64,000 nt of DNA from Phormidesmis sp. (GTDB taxonomy: Bacteria; Cyanobacteriota; Cyanobacteriia; Leptolyngbyales; Leptolyngbyaceae), in the NCBI GenBank assembly GCA_965248535.1, contig CBDFJR010000005.1:64001-128000 (forward strand). Direction: 5' to 3'. The translations under genes and the position numbers were made by a program. Position 1 is the first letter of the stretch. Each line of letters begins with the position of its first letter. Below, in pieces: positions 61,847 through 64,000 of the stretch. The notes beneath the pieces are model-generated. The model worked only from the letters and a program-made list of their open reading frames with translations, did not search any database and was not told the origin of the DNA.

Positions 61847-61915
61847 TCAGAGATACCATTAAGTTCCAGATCACTAAGATCGTGCATTAAATCAGATCGG
61901 TGACTGTCCGAGTCC

Positions 61916-61939
61916 GAGGGGCAGGGCAATGCCCTTACG
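61916..61939. repeat. Degenerate REP-like palindrome
   Basis: CGAGGGGCAGGGCAATGCCCTTAC between convergent genes; GCCCTTAC end matches the reverse complement of the 55300 copies. Confidence 0.5.
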
Positions 61940-61953
61940 CCGTTCTTGGGCAG

Positions 61954-63931
61954 TTAGTACTGTCTTATCAGCGCCTCGATCGCGGCGATTAATTGCACCA
62001 CATCTAAAGGTTTAGGTAGATGAATCTGATAGCCTGCGGCAAAAGCTTGCTGCCTAACATCTTCATCGACATAGGCTGTGAGCGCGATCGCGGGCACATT
62101 GCGACCAGACTCTAGCGCCCGAATCTCCCGCAGCATGGCATAACCATCCTTTGAGCGGCATGGCAATATCACTAATAATTAAGGTTGGAGTGACTTGTTG
62201 AAAGGCGGCGATCGCCGCATCTGCCGAGGTGGCCGTGGTGATGATTGCGCCTTCATCTTCGAGCAAAAATTTGACAAATTCAAGGCTATCGGCCTCGTCA
62301 TCAACCACTAAGATTTGCAGTTGGTCAAAGCCTTTAGAAGCCTTGCTTTGAAAGTCGGAGGGCGGTAAGTAGCAGTTGATCAGCGGCAGCCTAGCCGTAA
62401 AGGTTGAACCTTGCCCATCTCCTTGGCTCTCAGCTTGAATGGTGCCGTTGTGAAGCTCAATCAGTTCGCGCACGATCGCGAGGCCCAGCCCCAGCCCATC
62501 TTGCGATCGCGGAAGATGGGTCTGAGCTTGTCTAAAGCGATCGAACACATAAGGTAAAAAATTTGCCTGAATGCCTTTTCCGCTGTCTTTTACACAGATT
62601 TCTGCTTGGGCATCGCGTTGCGTTAGCGTGATCTCTATTTGACCATTCTCTGGAGTGAATTTAATTGCATTCGTCAACAGGTTCCAAATTACTTGCTGTA
62701 GTCGATTAGAATCTCCTAACACTTCACTCGCGGCATGATCGATATTTGATTGAATGTGAATCTGTTTTAACTCAGCTAAAGGGCGAATCATGTCGATCGC
62801 CGCCTCAATCACAAAGGGCAAATTCACCGCTACCCGATCCATTCTCAGATTGCCTTGAACCATGCGCGAGATGTCGAGCAAATCTTCGATCAGTTGAGAT
62901 TGCGTTTTAGCACTGCGCTCGATCGACTGCAACGCTCGCGTCAGGGTGGCTTGATCAAAGGGCTTAGTTTGCAAGAGACGCGCCCATCCAAAGATCGAGT
63001 TGAGGGGCGATCGTAATTCGTGGGCTACGATCGCCAAAAATTCGTCTTTGCTGCGGTTTGTAGCTTCGGCTTCGGCGCGGGCGGTTTGCGCTTGGTTGAG
63101 CAAGATTTCTCGATCAGCTTCGGCTTGCCTTCCTTCAAGCTCAATGCGTTGACGATCGCTAACATCTCGCCAAGCCGAGACAAATCCATCGCCCAATTTT
63201 GACGATCGCGCATCATAGATCCGAGTGATCGGCTCACCGTCAGACTTATCTGAGTAAGGAAAGCCTTCTTTAATGCAAGGTTCCCCAGTTTCTACCACCC
63301 GACAGTGTTCTTCAAACGCGCTGCTGCCGCGATAGTTGGGGGATGTCTCAGAAATAGTTTTGCCGATCACCTCAGAGGTGAGGCGGTGGCTGTCAAGAGC
63401 CGCTTGATTTAAATAGTCGATGTGAAAGTCGATAATTTGCCCGGCACTGTCGCGAAGAGTAGAATAAATGCCAAAGCAATCGAGCATCGTCTCGATCGAG
63501 GTGCGAAAGCGTTCTTCACTGCGCTGAAGTTTGCGACGCAGTTCGGCATTTTCGATGGCGCTACGCATGGCTAACCGCACATCGTCAGGTGAGATTTGCC
63601 CTTTGACTAAATAATCTTCGACCCCGCTTTTAAAGGCCGTAACGGCGGTGGCGGCATCGTTATAACCACTGACCACAATCACAGGTGGGCAGTTATCACC
63701 CGTCTGTGCTTTGAGCTGGGCTAAAAACTCAAAACCATCAAAGTCTGGCAGCTTGATGCCGAGCAAAATCCCATCGGGAATCTGAGCACGACAGAGAGCT
63801 AGCCCTGCAGCGGCAGAGTCAGCTTCTAAAATTTGATAAGAAGTCTCAGAGTCGGCCAGCAAGTGCTGTCTAAAAACGGAGCGATCGCTTTCAGAATCTT
63901 CAATGATCAAAACGGTGCGTTGCTCTGCCAT
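61954..63931 (-). pseudogene. Hybrid histidine kinase (REC-PAS-HisKA-HATPase-REC) with +1 frameshift in the last REC domain
   Basis: AHELRSPL, NLLTNAIKFT, DSGKGI, GLGLGL. SDIAMPLK continues as DGYAMLREIR...PAIALTAY...HLPKP in another frame; extra A at 62150-62152. Confidence 0.8.
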
Positions 63932-64000
63932 ATAGTCTCTAACCTAACCAGAGATTGGTTTCTGGCTTTTTCTCACGGGTCTGAATTAAATTAAATAATG

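Overview
A 64-kb chromosomal segment of a cyanobacterium, probably a filamentous Leptolyngbya-like strain. It has psaC, ccmP, NTRC and tocopherol cyclase, and is dense in the HIP1 octamer GCGATCGC. Most of it is housekeeping: sigD, mutY, grxC-gshB, glmS, psaC, hdrB-like, acpP-fabF-tkt, fumC, ntrC, tRNA-His, crcB, aspS. Accessory material is interleaved. (1) A graveyard of decayed toxin-antitoxin, NACHT and Uma2 genes around glmS-psaC. (2) A ~250-bp non-autonomous IS200/IS605-type element after psaC that keeps both ends, the last codons of tnpB and an apparent stand-alone omega/reRNA with an 18-nt flank and a terminator. (3) An Rpn-family nuclease with a plausible intragenic antitoxin start. 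(4) An AraC-ADH-AKR(pseudo) cassette. (5) An oxidoreductase-GtrA fusion followed by two AT-rich GT-C-type membrane glycosyltransferases. (6) An AT-rich two-gene module encoding a J-domain (HPD) protein and a protein with tandem ORF6N-like repeats plus an HNH-like nuclease; this is the best candidate for an undescribed system. (7) mazEF, an orphan N4/N6 DNA methyltransferase and a lipoxygenase with Gly at the stereo-determinant site. (8) Tandem near-identical type IV pilins followed by a SPINDLY/OGT-type transferase and a GT4-methyltransferase fusion. (9) Dispersed REP/REPIN-like palindromes. There is no CRISPR array, rRNA or intact transposase/integrase. All calls come from motif recognition by eye; no database searches were run.
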